This document shows positions 55,916-64,000 of a DNA stretch of 64,000 bases, in pieces. A program made the position numbers and the translations under genes. The stretch covers positions 96,001 through 160,000 of the IMG/VR virus record IMGVR_UViG_3300028591_000087; one strand, given 5' to 3'. Within the stretch, counting starts at the first letter, position 1. Each line of letters opens with the position of its first letter. The notes beneath the pieces were generated by a model. That model saw only the letters and a list, made by a program, of their open reading frames with translations, ran no database searches and was not told the DNA's origin. The stretch comes from a virus (taxonomy: Duplodnaviria > Caudoviricetes).

Positions 55916-57830
55916 TGTTCGCACGGAATGCATTCTCCTCAATAAATTTCTTTCTTAATGTCGCACTTTCACCCATAAGCGCGTTGAAGGTATTACTTGC
56001 TTCTGTGACGTCGTCCATTGTGATAAGTTTAAGAGTGCGCGTAGCGGGAGCCATCGTAGACTCAGCAAGCTCATCGACTGACTGTTCTCCCAAACCTTTA
56101 AAACGGCGTAGTTCGTAGTTGCCAGAGTGCTTGGAACGATAATCGGCAAGAGCAACGTCATCTTTAATATAGATTGATTCTTTACCTTTGATAATTCTAT
56201 AAAGGGGAGGTACAGCCGCATACACATATCCTTTCTCAATCAACTCTGGACAAAACTTCCAGATGAATGTCAGGAACAAACAACGAATATGGTCACCATC
56301 GACATCAGCATCAGCCATAATAATGATTTTTCCATACCGAAGTTTATTCTCATCAAGAATAATCTTATTGTTTTGAACTTGAAGTCCAAAAGCAATAATC
56401 ATACTCTTAATTTCCTCATTCCCCATAGCTTTTGATAAATCCGCTTTAAGGACATTAAGAATCTTACCTCTGATAGGAAGGATTGCTTGGGTGTCTCTAT
56501 TACGAGCTTCTTTTGCAGAGCCTGCTGCACTATCTCCCTCGACGATAAAGACTTCGCAACTATTCCTGTCCCTATTGGAGCAATCAGCCAATTTCCCAGG
56601 TAGTGTAGTGCGACTAGCCTTAGCTGTCGTGTTTCTAACCACTTCTTTGGCTTTTCTTGCCTTCTCACGAGCAGTCCTTGCGAGGACAGCCTTTCCAATA
56701 ATAGCTTTTGCGTCTTTCTCATGCGCATTAAGCCAATCAGAGATGGATTGCGAGCAAAGTCGTTGAACGATTGTTCTACCTTCTGCACTTGTCAATACTC
56801 CTTTTGTTTGTCCACTAAATACCGGATCTGGCATCGTAAGACTAAGTACAAGTGTAAGACCTTCTTTAAGATCCTCACCACTGAAATTTTCATCCTTTTC
56901 TTTCAAAAGACCCTTTGCACGCGCATATACATTAATTGCTTGCGTAAATGCTGTGCGGAAACCAGTTAAGTGAGTACCTCCTGTATTCGGTATACTGTTA
57001 GTAAAGATACGGTATACATCACTAAATTGATCAGTATATTGAAGTGCAACCCGCACTCTCATTCTATTTTCAACATTCTCCGCATAAAATGGAGAAGTTA
57101 ATTTATTCTTATTTTTTGTAAGAACATCCAAATAATCTAATAGACCATTTGAACTTTCAATTTCAACTTTATCTAAAACTCCTTTGTCATCATGCTTAGA
57201 TAAAGTAAAATGAAGTCCAGGAGACAGATATGCAAGTTCCCAAAGTTGCTTCTTTAATCTGTCATAATCAGGATTTATATTATCTTCAAAGATTTGTTCG
57301 TCTGGAATAAACTGAACAACAGTGCCATGCGGCATATCAGTTTTATTCTGCTTTCGCACGCTAAATTGTAACAGTGCGCCGCGAGCGAACGCAGCCGTAG
57401 CTACTTTACCATCGCGGTAACTATCAACTCTGAATACGCTGGATAGTGCATTGGTCGCCTTTGCACCAACACCATTCATACCACCAGAAGTATTATACCC
57501 ACTGTTACCATCGCTATCGAACTTAGCGCCAGTATGAAGTTTAGTATAGATATTAATGAGGACCTCTTCGCCATCATCATTTTTACCAAAGGGGACTCCT
57601 CTGCCATTGTCAGCCACAATAACGCGAGGCCCATCACACACAACAGATATTTTATCACAAGCTCCTACCAAATACTCGTCAATAGCGTTAGATATTATTT
57701 CCAGCGTTATCTGCCATACACCTTCCGCATCAACTGCGCCGATGTACATACCGGGACGAGTACGGATGGCTTCCATACCTTCAAGTGTTTTAATATTTTT
57801 TACACCATATTCACTATTTGGAGTAGCCAT
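55905..57830 (-). CDS. gyrB: DNA gyrase/topoisomerase IV subunit B
   Basis: RPGMYIG, DNGRGVP, GGMNGVG, VEGDSA, PIRGKILN, DADVDG and RFKGLGE motifs. Confidence 0.95.
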   Translation of the reverse strand: MATPNSEYGVKNIKTLEGMEAIRTRPGMYIGAVDAEGVWQITLEIISNAIDEYLVGACDKISVVCDGPRVIVADNGRGVPFGKNDDGEEVLINIYTKLHTGAKFDSDGNSGYNTSGGMNGVGAKATNALSSVFRVDSYRDGKVATAAFARGALLQFSVRKQNKTDMPHGTVVQFIPDEQIFEDNINPDYDRLKKQLWELAYLSPGLHFTLSKHDDKGVLDKVEIESSNGLLDYLDVLTKNKNKLTSPFYAENVENRMRVRVALQYTDQFSDVYRIFTNSIPNTGGTHLTGFRTAFTQAINVYARAKGLLKEKDENFSGEDLKEGLTLVLSLTMPDPVFSGQTKGVLTSAEGRTIVQRLCSQSISDWLNAHEKDAKAIIGKAVLARTAREKARKAKEVVRNTTAKASRTTLPGKLADCSNRDRNSCEVFIVEGDSAAGSAKEARNRDTQAILPIRGKILNVLKADLSKAMGNEEIKSMIIAFGLQVQNNKIILDENKLRYGKIIIMADADVDGDHIRCLFLTFIWKFCPELIEKGYVYAAVPPLYRIIKGKESIYIKDDVALADYRSKHSGNYELRRFKGLGEQSVDELAESTMAPATRTLKLITMDDVTEASNTFNALMGESATLRKKFIEENAFRANIDV

Positions 57831-57849
57831 CTTTTCATCCTTTCTCTAT

Positions 57850-57890
57850 TTTTCTATGTATATTATATCATAATTTTTTTTACTTTGCAA
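57850..57890 (-). promoter_or_regulatory. SigmaA-type promoter for gyrB
   Basis: TTGCAA...TGATATAAT-ATACATAGAAA. Confidence 0.7.
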
Positions 57891-57927
57891 GGTTCTTGTT
57901 AGCAACAGTAAAGGAAAAGGGAGAGTT

Positions 57928-59196
57928 TTAACTCTCCCCATGAATTTTGGCTGCCAATTGAGCAACCTCGCTTCGTTCTGATTTTTGAAGTTCAATCGTC
58001 CCGAATAATTTATCGCCTTTAAGGCTATTCAATAGTGATGCAATACCACTGTTCTTGCGGAATATATCAGAATCTGTTTGAGATTCATCGCCAAGGAACC
58101 ATACTTCACTACCTTGTTCCGCACGACCAATTATTAATTTAACATTATCAGTTGTAAGATTCTCGGCTTCATCTACAAATATAATGCTATTTTTAATATT
58201 GCGCCCACGTATATATCCTAAATGAAGCGGTTCAATTTCACCGTTATCTATTGCTTGATACAATGCTTCCTGACCTCCCAAGTGGTCAGCAAGTGGCATA
58301 AGCCAAGGCATCAATTTTTCTTCTTGTTCACCAGGTAATGCGCCCAGTTTCTAAGAGCCTGCAACTTCAACATTGTTCCGCACATATACGATTCTATCAA
58401 AATGATGATATTTGACATAATTGATTGCATGTACCAGAGCTAAGAATGTTTTACCAGAACCAAATTGACCTCTAATCATTTTAACAGGAATATTTCTATT
58501 CTGTAATAGATCAAACATCATTCTCTATTGATCATTTCGTGGTTTTACCTTGCCAAAATAATCACTATTTTGGTCCTTATATTTTATAACATCATTTTTA
58601 GTTCCATCCCATTTAACTAGATCTACAATTTCATTATTTAATTTTAAAATTGCATATTCATTCGTCTCCAAGCCAAGGAAATTGGTCTCGGGATGTTCAT
58701 AATAGTTTGCCAAGGCTTGTTCATCTGATTTAAAATCAAATACTACAAAACCTTTCCAAAGTCCTTCTTTATGAGTTGTATCTTTATAATATTGAGGATT
58801 TAATTCCTCTATAAATTTGCAAGCAAGAAGAAACTAAGAAGAATCTGATGTAATAAATTCAATTTTCTATTTATTCTTGCGGGCAATTAATACAGCTTCA
58901 CAAATTAATTTACTATCGTTTTTATCTTGTAACTCTTCGGTTCTATCAAGTAATCTATTTATTTTTCTCCATTTACTATGAGGATCTTTCCATAGCTCTT
59001 GATGATCCATTAAGTAACGAATTAAAACTCGTGCTTTATATTTAATTGTTTCATCTTTTGAGTAAGAGGTTTTAATATCTTCTAATTCTGAAAAAACTAT
59101 TGTGCTAATGTAATTTACATCTTCTGAATCTAATTTATATCCTGCTAATAAAGCACTTGTATCAAAAAACTTAACTGTTTTCTCCAATGCTTTCAT
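57928..59196 (-). CDS. phoH: PIN-PhoH (PhoH2-type) fusion, 422 aa with four TAG=Gln (58867, 58834, 58525, 58351)
   Basis: PIN FFDTSAL..ELEDIK..ND..FITSD; PRNDQ(Q)R; Walker A GQFGSGKT; LGALPG; YIRGR; VDEAENL; GDESQTD. Three track ORFs join by readthrough. Confidence 0.88.
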
Positions 59197-59800
59197 CACC
59201 CTTACTATTGTTTTCACCGATGATTTCATCAACGAAGCCATATTTCAGCATATCGTCTGCATCAAAGAACCATTGCTTGCGCTCATGTTCTTTGTATTCT
59301 TCTGGTGTTACCTTAGTATGGGATGTAATAAAGTCACGCACTTTGTCATCAATCTTCTTGTTGAAAGTCATTGTGTCTTCAACAGAGAAAGCTTCACCAC
59401 TAAATGCAGTGCTTCCAGCATGGAGCAAAGCATATGAATATGGATAACATTTTCTTGTAACATTAGGATTATTGGATCCTGCGGCGAGAATAATGGTTCC
59501 CATACTTGCCGCATAACCAAGAACTATTACATTCAATGGTTTCTTATATTGATCTATAATATTACATAAAATGAATCCATCACTTAATGATCCACCAACA
59601 GTTGCTAAGATAAGTGTTACAGGATCATTACTATTGTCCTTTTCAAAATCCATTAAAGGAATTACAACTCTTTCAAAAATTCTTTCATCTACTTCTTGAT
59701 TAAAGATAATAGTGCGATTATTGAAAAGTTGAGTGAAATATTGGTAAGTTGCCGGGTCAATAGAAGTGGTATCCAATAATGCAGTTAAATCTTCTAACAT
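59171..59800 (-). CDS. clpP: ClpP-like serine protease
   Basis: GGAGGA RBS; TVGGS, YAASMG (catalytic Ser), LLH, YGFVDEI. Confidence 0.8.
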   Translation of the reverse strand: MLEDLTALLDTTSIDPATYQYFTQLFNNRTIIFNQEVDERIFERVVIPLMDFEKDNSNDPVTLILATVGGSLSDGFILCNIIDQYKKPLNVIVLGYAASMGTIILAAGSNNPNVTRKCYPYSYALLHAGSTAFSGEAFSVEDTMTFNKKIDDKVRDFITSHTKVTPEEYKEHERKQWFFDADDMLKYGFVDEIIGENNSKGDESIGENS

Positions 59801-59810
59801 AAACTCCTCC

Positions 59811-60230
59811 TTATAGTGCGAGCTAATCAATAGAGAAGTGCTCGCGTAATTGTAGCCATTCATCTACTGTCCCGCATACAATAGGTGGTGCGGGATTAAT
59901 CGCCAACTTATAATTGATAATCGCTGGGAGTTCAGGATCTTTATCAAGTTCTGATGGTAAAGCGCGAATCTTGTCAAGCTCCCAAGCTGTAATAAACTCA
60001 CGAGCCATCCAATATTCTTCGCCTCTGAATGGCATATCTTTTATCCAAGCATAAACTGTGGGCCAATGAATATAGACACAATCATTTTTTACAACATTGT
60101 TAAAAAATACTTCCCATCTATCTTCATGGCATAATCCATTGCGGATAAAATTACTTGTTAGTATTAGACCGCTTTTCTCTGAGTTTGGAATAGAGCCTGT
60201 CTTTTTCTGCAATAGTTGTTCGTAGGTCAT
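59811..60230 (-). CDS. Hypothetical protein (TAG 59823 read through to TAA 59811)
   Basis: Readthrough places the stop immediately before the clpP RBS. Confidence 0.6.
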
Positions 60231-60588
60231 TACGTGTCTCCTTAATCAAGTATTTCATTTCTTCGATATCTCTTTGAACATACTTCATCTGTTGCCGAAG
60301 ATAGTAACATTCACTAGAAGAGCAATCTCCACAATTCTGCTCAAAAATATTATATAGATGTTTTAGAGTTTTGAGCTGAATTTTATACTCATCACGACGA
60401 TCGCACATTTCTTTAAGCATAGACCGGGTATAAGCATAATGTTCGCCAGTTAATTTGTTTTCAAAATCGTAATCGTGTGGATGGCATTGAGCCGTTCCAA
60501 TATAGATCTTGTTATGCACCATTCTCTTACAAGTCGTTCGGTGCAGTTCAGGATCATAATCAAATGTAATTTTGGGGTCAGTAATCAT
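60151..60588 (-). CDS. Hypothetical phage protein
   Basis: Promoter and AGGAG RBS before MITDPK; G.A.CHPHD motif followed by a coiled coil. Confidence 0.7.
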   Translation of the reverse strand: MITDPKITFDYDPELHRTTCKRMVHNKIYIGTAQCHPHDYDFENKLTGEHYAYTRSMLKEMCDRRDEYKIQLKTLKHLYNIFEQNCGDCSSSECYYLRQQMKYVQRDIEEMKYLIKETRNDLRTTIAEKDRLYSKLREKRSNTNK

Positions 60589-60607
60589 AATTCTTCTCCT
60601 TTGATTT

Positions 60608-60647
60608 ACTATATGTATATTATAAAATAATTTTTCACATATGTCAA
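60608..60647 (-). promoter_or_regulatory. SigmaA-type promoter
   Basis: TTGACA...TATAAT-ATACATATAG. Confidence 0.75.
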
Positions 60648-60722
60648 GCATTTCGGTCAAAAAATTTGCTGACCCGATCGCATAGGGAGTTACGGTCGTA
60701 AATGGTGGCAAAATTTGTAGCA

Positions 60723-60755
60723 CAAAAAGACCTTACGAAAAAATTCGCAAGGTTT
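60723..60755 (-). terminator. Intrinsic terminator
   Basis: Minus strand ACCTTGCGAA-TTTT-TTCGTAAGGT-CTTTTT. Confidence 0.7.
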
Positions 60756-60773
60756 GACATATGGTGTATTCAA

Positions 60774-61388
60774 TTAGGTAGGGAAAGAAGGATATGTATG
60801 ATAAATACCAGATGGATTAATGGGTATTTGACCTAATTGATTCCACCTATTACGAATATCAGTAATAATTTCTTCAATACTGACAGGCGTGTTATTATGA
60901 GAATCTAATCCAACATGGTAGACAAAAGGATTATCAGCGAACAACCAGTTACCAGTTTGATGGGTATGTCCATGCAGGTTGATCACGTGTTTACCGAAGT
61001 GCTTATCATCAAAATTAGCAGTCAAGACAGGATAATGGCAAGCAAATAGCGAAAGTTTGCCGAACTTTATAAGTTCGCTAGTATGTATAAATATAGAGTT
61101 TGCCAACTTACCTGTCGCAGCGATGGCGCTCAATTTATTATCTGTGTCGTGGTTCCCTCGGATAAGAAAGATCGTCCCATTCAAACGATTGATGATATTG
61201 ACATCATAATCATTCATCAGCACGTCACCAAGATGATAAACAAAATCTCCAGGTTTCACAACGCTATTCCAGCGTTCAACAATTACCTCGTTCATTTCTT
61301 CAAAAGACTTACATCCACGAGGCGCATAAAGGAAGTCCTGATTATGGTAAAAATGTGTATCCGATGTGAAAAAGATATTAGCACCCAC
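60774..61388 (-). CDS. Calcineurin-like metallophosphoesterase
   Basis: SDTHF, LGD, RGNHD, CHYP and HGHTH motifs. Confidence 0.88.
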   Translation of the reverse strand: MGANIFFTSDTHFYHNQDFLYAPRGCKSFEEMNEVIVERWNSVVKPGDFVYHLGDVLMNDYDVNIINRLNGTIFLIRGNHDTDNKLSAIAATGKLANSIFIHTSELIKFGKLSLFACHYPVLTANFDDKHFGKHVINLHGHTHQTGNWLFADNPFVYHVGLDSHNNTPVSIEEIITDIRNRWNQLGQIPINPSGIYHTYPSFPT

Positions 61389-61854
61389 GAATTACCCAGA
61401 CCTCCTTTACATTCTCAAATTCTCCAATATAAGGAGTAGTGAGAGACTTATTCATATTTTTGATGACAGGCTCCGTAACGTGCGCACGACCTTCGCGCGT
61501 TGCATCCCTGCGAATGCACTCTGCCAACGGAGTATCCATCACCACGAAAGTGATATCATATTTATCAGCGGTCAATCCCGCTTTCGAAAGAGCCCGAACC
61601 AGCTTATGCCGAGCACCGTGAGAAAGATGAGTAGCATCAGCAACCATATTCCGCCCGTTACCCAAACCATCAGCCAGAATCCCAATGAATTTGTCATATA
61701 CTTCATCCTCATGTGAAAAAAGATCTTCGTTGTCTTTGACAATAGACATACGAACCACGTCGCGAGAAATATAATCCGCATTGTGCAGATTAGCCTTTGC
61801 CCACGTAGACTTACCAGATCCGGGGATGCCTACCATCACATACAACGTTGCCAT
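61378..61854 (-). CDS. AAA_33 / polynucleotide-kinase-like P-loop protein
   Basis: GIPGSGKSTW, ISRDVVR, VADAT, CIRRDATR. Confidence 0.8.
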   Translation of the reverse strand: MATLYVMVGIPGSGKSTWAKANLHNADYISRDVVRMSIVKDNEDLFSHEDEVYDKFIGILADGLGNGRNMVADATHLSHGARHKLVRALSKAGLTADKYDITFVVMDTPLAECIRRDATREGRAHVTEPVIKNMNKSLTTPYIGEFENVKEVWVIRGC

Positions 61855-61855
61855 C

Positions 61856-62152
61856 TTATTTCAGTCCTTTCAGATAATTTTGATATTTTGGATGTTGAGC
61901 TTCATATTCAAGCTCTGCTTTTGCTTCTTCTGCGTATTTCCCTTCTGCAAAGTCGATAAGGAATTGTTCTTTTTCAATGTCATTTCGGCACTCAATATGG
62001 TTTACTGTGTGTTTACAATGCCAGCAATACATCAGTTTCCGATGAAAAGCTCCGCGCTGATGTGACTGCTGACGAGTTAATGGAATACCTTTCTGACCAC
62101 AATTGATGCAATAAAAATCATGCATCGAAAATGTGTTCGTTCTGCGTCCCAT
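61856..62152 (-). CDS. Zinc-ribbon protein (CxxC...CxxC)
   Basis: FYCINCG...MYCWHCKHTVNHIE. Confidence 0.65.
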   Translation of the reverse strand: MGRRTNTFSMHDFYCINCGQKGIPLTRQQSHQRGAFHRKLMYCWHCKHTVNHIECRNDIEKEQFLIDFAEGKYAEEAKAELEYEAQHPKYQNYLKGLK

Positions 62153-62153
62153 A

Positions 62154-62270
62154 TTAGAAACCCAACTTACTCTTGATGTGACGCCAGGCCAGTTTCCACT
62201 GCATCGGATACAGTACATAAGACTGACCAAAAATGAGAACCGTTAGTGTTACGAATGTTACCCAACCCAT
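62154..62270 (-). CDS. 38-aa membrane peptide (below the track cutoff)
   Basis: AGGGGAG RBS after a promoter; MGWVTFVTLTVLIFGQSYVLYPMQWKLAWRHIKSKLGF. Confidence 0.55.
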   Translation of the reverse strand: MGWVTFVTLTVLIFGQSYVLYPMQWKLAWRHIKSKLGF

Positions 62271-62284
62271 AATAATCTCCCCTT

Positions 62285-62328
62285 TCATTTTCTATATATA
62301 TTATATCATATAATTTTAAAATTTTCAA
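62285..62328 (-). promoter_or_regulatory. SigmaA-type promoter
   Basis: TTGAAA...TGATATAAT-ATATATAGAAAATGAAAGG. Confidence 0.75.
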
Positions 62329-63190
62329 ATCCGATTTCTACGGCGCGCTTTCTGTCCTTGAACTTAAAATCATGATCCCAGAATCCAGTTACATTCATAG
62401 TCAGACAGTTAAGGACAAAACCTTGACCATAGAAAGTCATTCCAGTGTCCATTCCAATATGCCAGCCCAATCCATCTTCGTGGTCAGTAGGCTGGTATGC
62501 ATATGGTTTCATATGATATTCATCAATTTCGTCATCTTTGAAAACATACTCAGGAATATAACATACCGGAGTATGTCCAAAAACAATTACTTTATCCTTC
62601 GGCCACCAAGCATTAAGATAGCTACGATCCCAAATCATTTGCTGTGCGTTCCAAGGATTAGGATTTACACCATCATGTTCGTCATTGTATACATCTTTCC
62701 AGGCTTCGTAAGTTCCACCAGCATGGCTGAAACATACTCCATTATCAAGAGCGAAAGTCAAACAGGTGTTATTTTCAAGCCGTTCAAGAAATGCAGTTTT
62801 TGCTCCATCAATAAGCCAGGCTCTCATTGTAGGACGTCCGCCATTATACATATGAAGTTCAAAGTTATGCAACCACCTGCACTCTCCAATGATTTCATCA
62901 GCTTCTGCAATAGTGTGTGGAGTATTGATAACTTCTGGATGTTGGTCTATAACATCGCGTGCCGCTTTGAGGAAAAGATCCTCGTGATTTCCGCGAATAT
63001 ATACAATCTGCGGATCGTCCAAAATAGCCTGCATAATATCATATCCGAATTCGCCACGGTCACAGGCATCTCCACCGAATACAATCATACATTCTGGATC
63101 CTGTTTGAAACACCAATCGCGCATAGTCTGAAACAAATCAAGTTGACCATGCACATCAGTAAAGTAGAAAACATCATGCATTTTGATCAC
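62306..63190 (-). CDS. Ser/Thr protein phosphatase-like metallophosphoesterase
   Basis: TDVHG, GDACDRG, RGNHE, SHAG, FGHTP and MDTG motifs. Confidence 0.88.
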   Translation of the reverse strand: MIKMHDVFYFTDVHGQLDLFQTMRDWCFKQDPECMIVFGGDACDRGEFGYDIMQAILDDPQIVYIRGNHEDLFLKAARDVIDQHPEVINTPHTIAEADEIIGECRWLHNFELHMYNGGRPTMRAWLIDGAKTAFLERLENNTCLTFALDNGVCFSHAGGTYEAWKDVYNDEHDGVNPNPWNAQQMIWDRSYLNAWWPKDKVIVFGHTPVCYIPEYVFKDDEIDEYHMKPYAYQPTDHEDGLGWHIGMDTGMTFYGQGFVLNCLTMNVTGFWDHDFKFKDRKRAVEIGFENFKII

Positions 63191-63193
63191 TCC

Positions 63194-63343
63194 TTATCTG
63201 TGTTTTTGTCTTTCTTTCCACTCTTCTATTGCGGCTATTTGCTCTTCCATTTCTTCATCTCTACTGTGATTACCACTTGCATATATTGCAGAAAAAATTA
63301 TCAACGCGCAAAAACAAAAAACCAAAATAATAAAAACAACCAT
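63194..63343 (-). CDS. Small single-TM protein
   Basis: AGGAG RBS; hydrophobic N-terminus. Confidence 0.55.
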   Translation of the reverse strand: MVVFIILVFCFCALIIFSAIYASGNHSRDEEMEEQIAAIEEWKERQKHR

Positions 63344-63344
63344 T

Positions 63345-63548
63345 TTATTCATCTCCTGAATAATATAATGGACTCGGTTCAATTCCTTCCTGTTTACAAA
63401 GATAAAGGTAAAACTCCTCAGTCCATTTTTCCATCAAAGGATAGTCATAATCAATATTAACATCTCCTTCTTCGTTAGCTCGCTGAACAGCCATTTCATA
63501 AGCTGAATCCGCCAAGATTTGATGGATATCCTGTCCTTTCATAGTCAT
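63345..63548 (-). CDS. Hypothetical acidic protein
   Basis: Promoter and GAGGG RBS. Confidence 0.65.
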   Translation of the reverse strand: MTMKGQDIHQILADSAYEMAVQRANEEGDVNIDYDYPLMEKWTEEFYLYLCKQEGIEPSPLYYSGDE

Positions 63549-63552
63549 CCCT

Positions 63553-63595
63553 CACTTTCTATATATATAATATCATATAATTTATAAATTTTCAA
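63553..63595 (-). promoter_or_regulatory. SigmaA-type promoter
   Basis: TTGAAA...TGATATTAT-ATATATAGAAAGTGAG; near-copy of the 62285 promoter. Confidence 0.7.
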
Positions 63596-63600
63596 ATAAA

Positions 63601-63625
63601 AAGGAAAGGGTTTAATCCTTTCCTT
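63601..63625 (-). terminator. Intrinsic terminator
   Basis: AAGGAAAGG-loop-CCTTTCCTT with a T-tract on the minus strand. Confidence 0.65.
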
Positions 63626-63740
63626 CGAGTTTTCTAATCTGTCTCTTGATCTTGTTTACAATGTTTACATTATGCGGTCCACGCTCTTCAAGTAACTTCG
63701 CCCTCGCCTGTAACTGGTTGATCCTTGTCTGTTTCGTCAT
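63612..63740 (-). CDS. 42-aa basic protein (below the track cutoff)
   Basis: GGAGG RBS; MTKQTRINQLQARAKLLEERGPHNVNIVNKIKRQIRKLEGKD. Confidence 0.55.
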   Translation of the reverse strand: MTKQTRINQLQARAKLLEERGPHNVNIVNKIKRQIRKLEGKD

Positions 63741-64000
63741 TGTCATCCTCCAATCTGGATGCTTCTTCAAGCAACCAGGCATCTAATACATGTAATGGTG
63801 CGGGAAGATAAAGTCCAGGAGGTATTAACTTGGTTAATTCTTCACCTTCCCGCACAATCGCGCCACAGCGCTCACAGTATAGAACAGTATCTTTTTCTCC
63901 TCTTGCAGAGGTATAAAAACGTGATTTGTTATGACATTCTGGGCAAATACTCGCCATCTTGTCATTCTTTACTTCTTTATCATACTTACGTCTCTGTTCT
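63688..64000 (-). CDS. Zinc-ribbon protein, possibly 5' partial
   Basis: CPEC...CERC; the frame stays open from ATG 63957 to the window edge. Confidence 0.6.
   Translation of the reverse strand, partial: EQRRKYDKEVKNDKMASICPECHNKSRFYTSARGEKDTVLYCERCGAIVREGEELTKLIPPGLYLPAPLHVLDAWLLEEASRLEDDNDETDKDQPVTGEGEVT

Noticed and set aside
32561-57830. Inteins or introns in nrdD, dnaE, dnaB, gyrA or gyrB
   Set aside because: Lengths and motif spacing are normal, and no splice-junction or LAGLIDADG motifs were seen
62372-63460. 362-aa plus-strand ORF
   Set aside because: Antisense shadow of the phosphatase and small genes, with no motifs or RBS
1-64000. Suppressor tRNA, release factor or CRISPR array
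   Set aside because: No cloverleaf/T-loop pattern, GGQ protein or spaced direct repeats recognised by eye; tRNAscan-SE or ARAGORN would be decisive

Overview
A 64-kb segment of a large tailed dsDNA phage genome. The host is probably an anaerobic Bacillota/Clostridia-type bacterium (sigmaA extended -10 promoters, NrdD/NrdG, SpoIID-domain lysin, LL-H-type holin). Bases 1-29424 (+) encode tail, baseplate and fibre proteins followed by a lysis module. Bases 29468-64000 (-) encode replication, nucleotide-metabolism and early genes (dut, nrdDG, gmk, dnaE, RecD/Dda-like helicase, recJ, primase, dnaB, Sak4-like ATPase, SSB, ligase, gyrA/B, rnhA, PIN-PhoH, clpP, phosphoesterases). The two arms converge on a bidirectional terminator. 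The phage reads TAG as glutamine (translation table 15), so the supplied ORF track fragments or misses many genes. I counted about 50 in-frame TAGs by hand, and several align with CAA/Gln in internal repeats, paralogues and conserved motifs. Re-reading with TAG=Gln reveals four things. (i) A 2785-aa virion-region protein with LamG-like, CotH-kinase-like and LRR regions. (ii) A hidden array of small adhesin-like genes (22.9-27.1 kb) that share short N-terminal tags, MPSYxSxHTGxQ three times and M(I/V)G(T/I)T five times, on unrelated lectin-like domains. (iii) A three-module endolysin with two TAGs between its catalytic Cys and His. (iv) In the otherwise almost TAG-free replication arm, internal TAGs that fall mostly in nuclease genes (RuvC, membrane-anchored GIY-YIG, PIN-PhoH). 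I saw no tRNA, release factor, CRISPR array, intein or integrase in this window. All family assignments come from motif recognition, not database searches.
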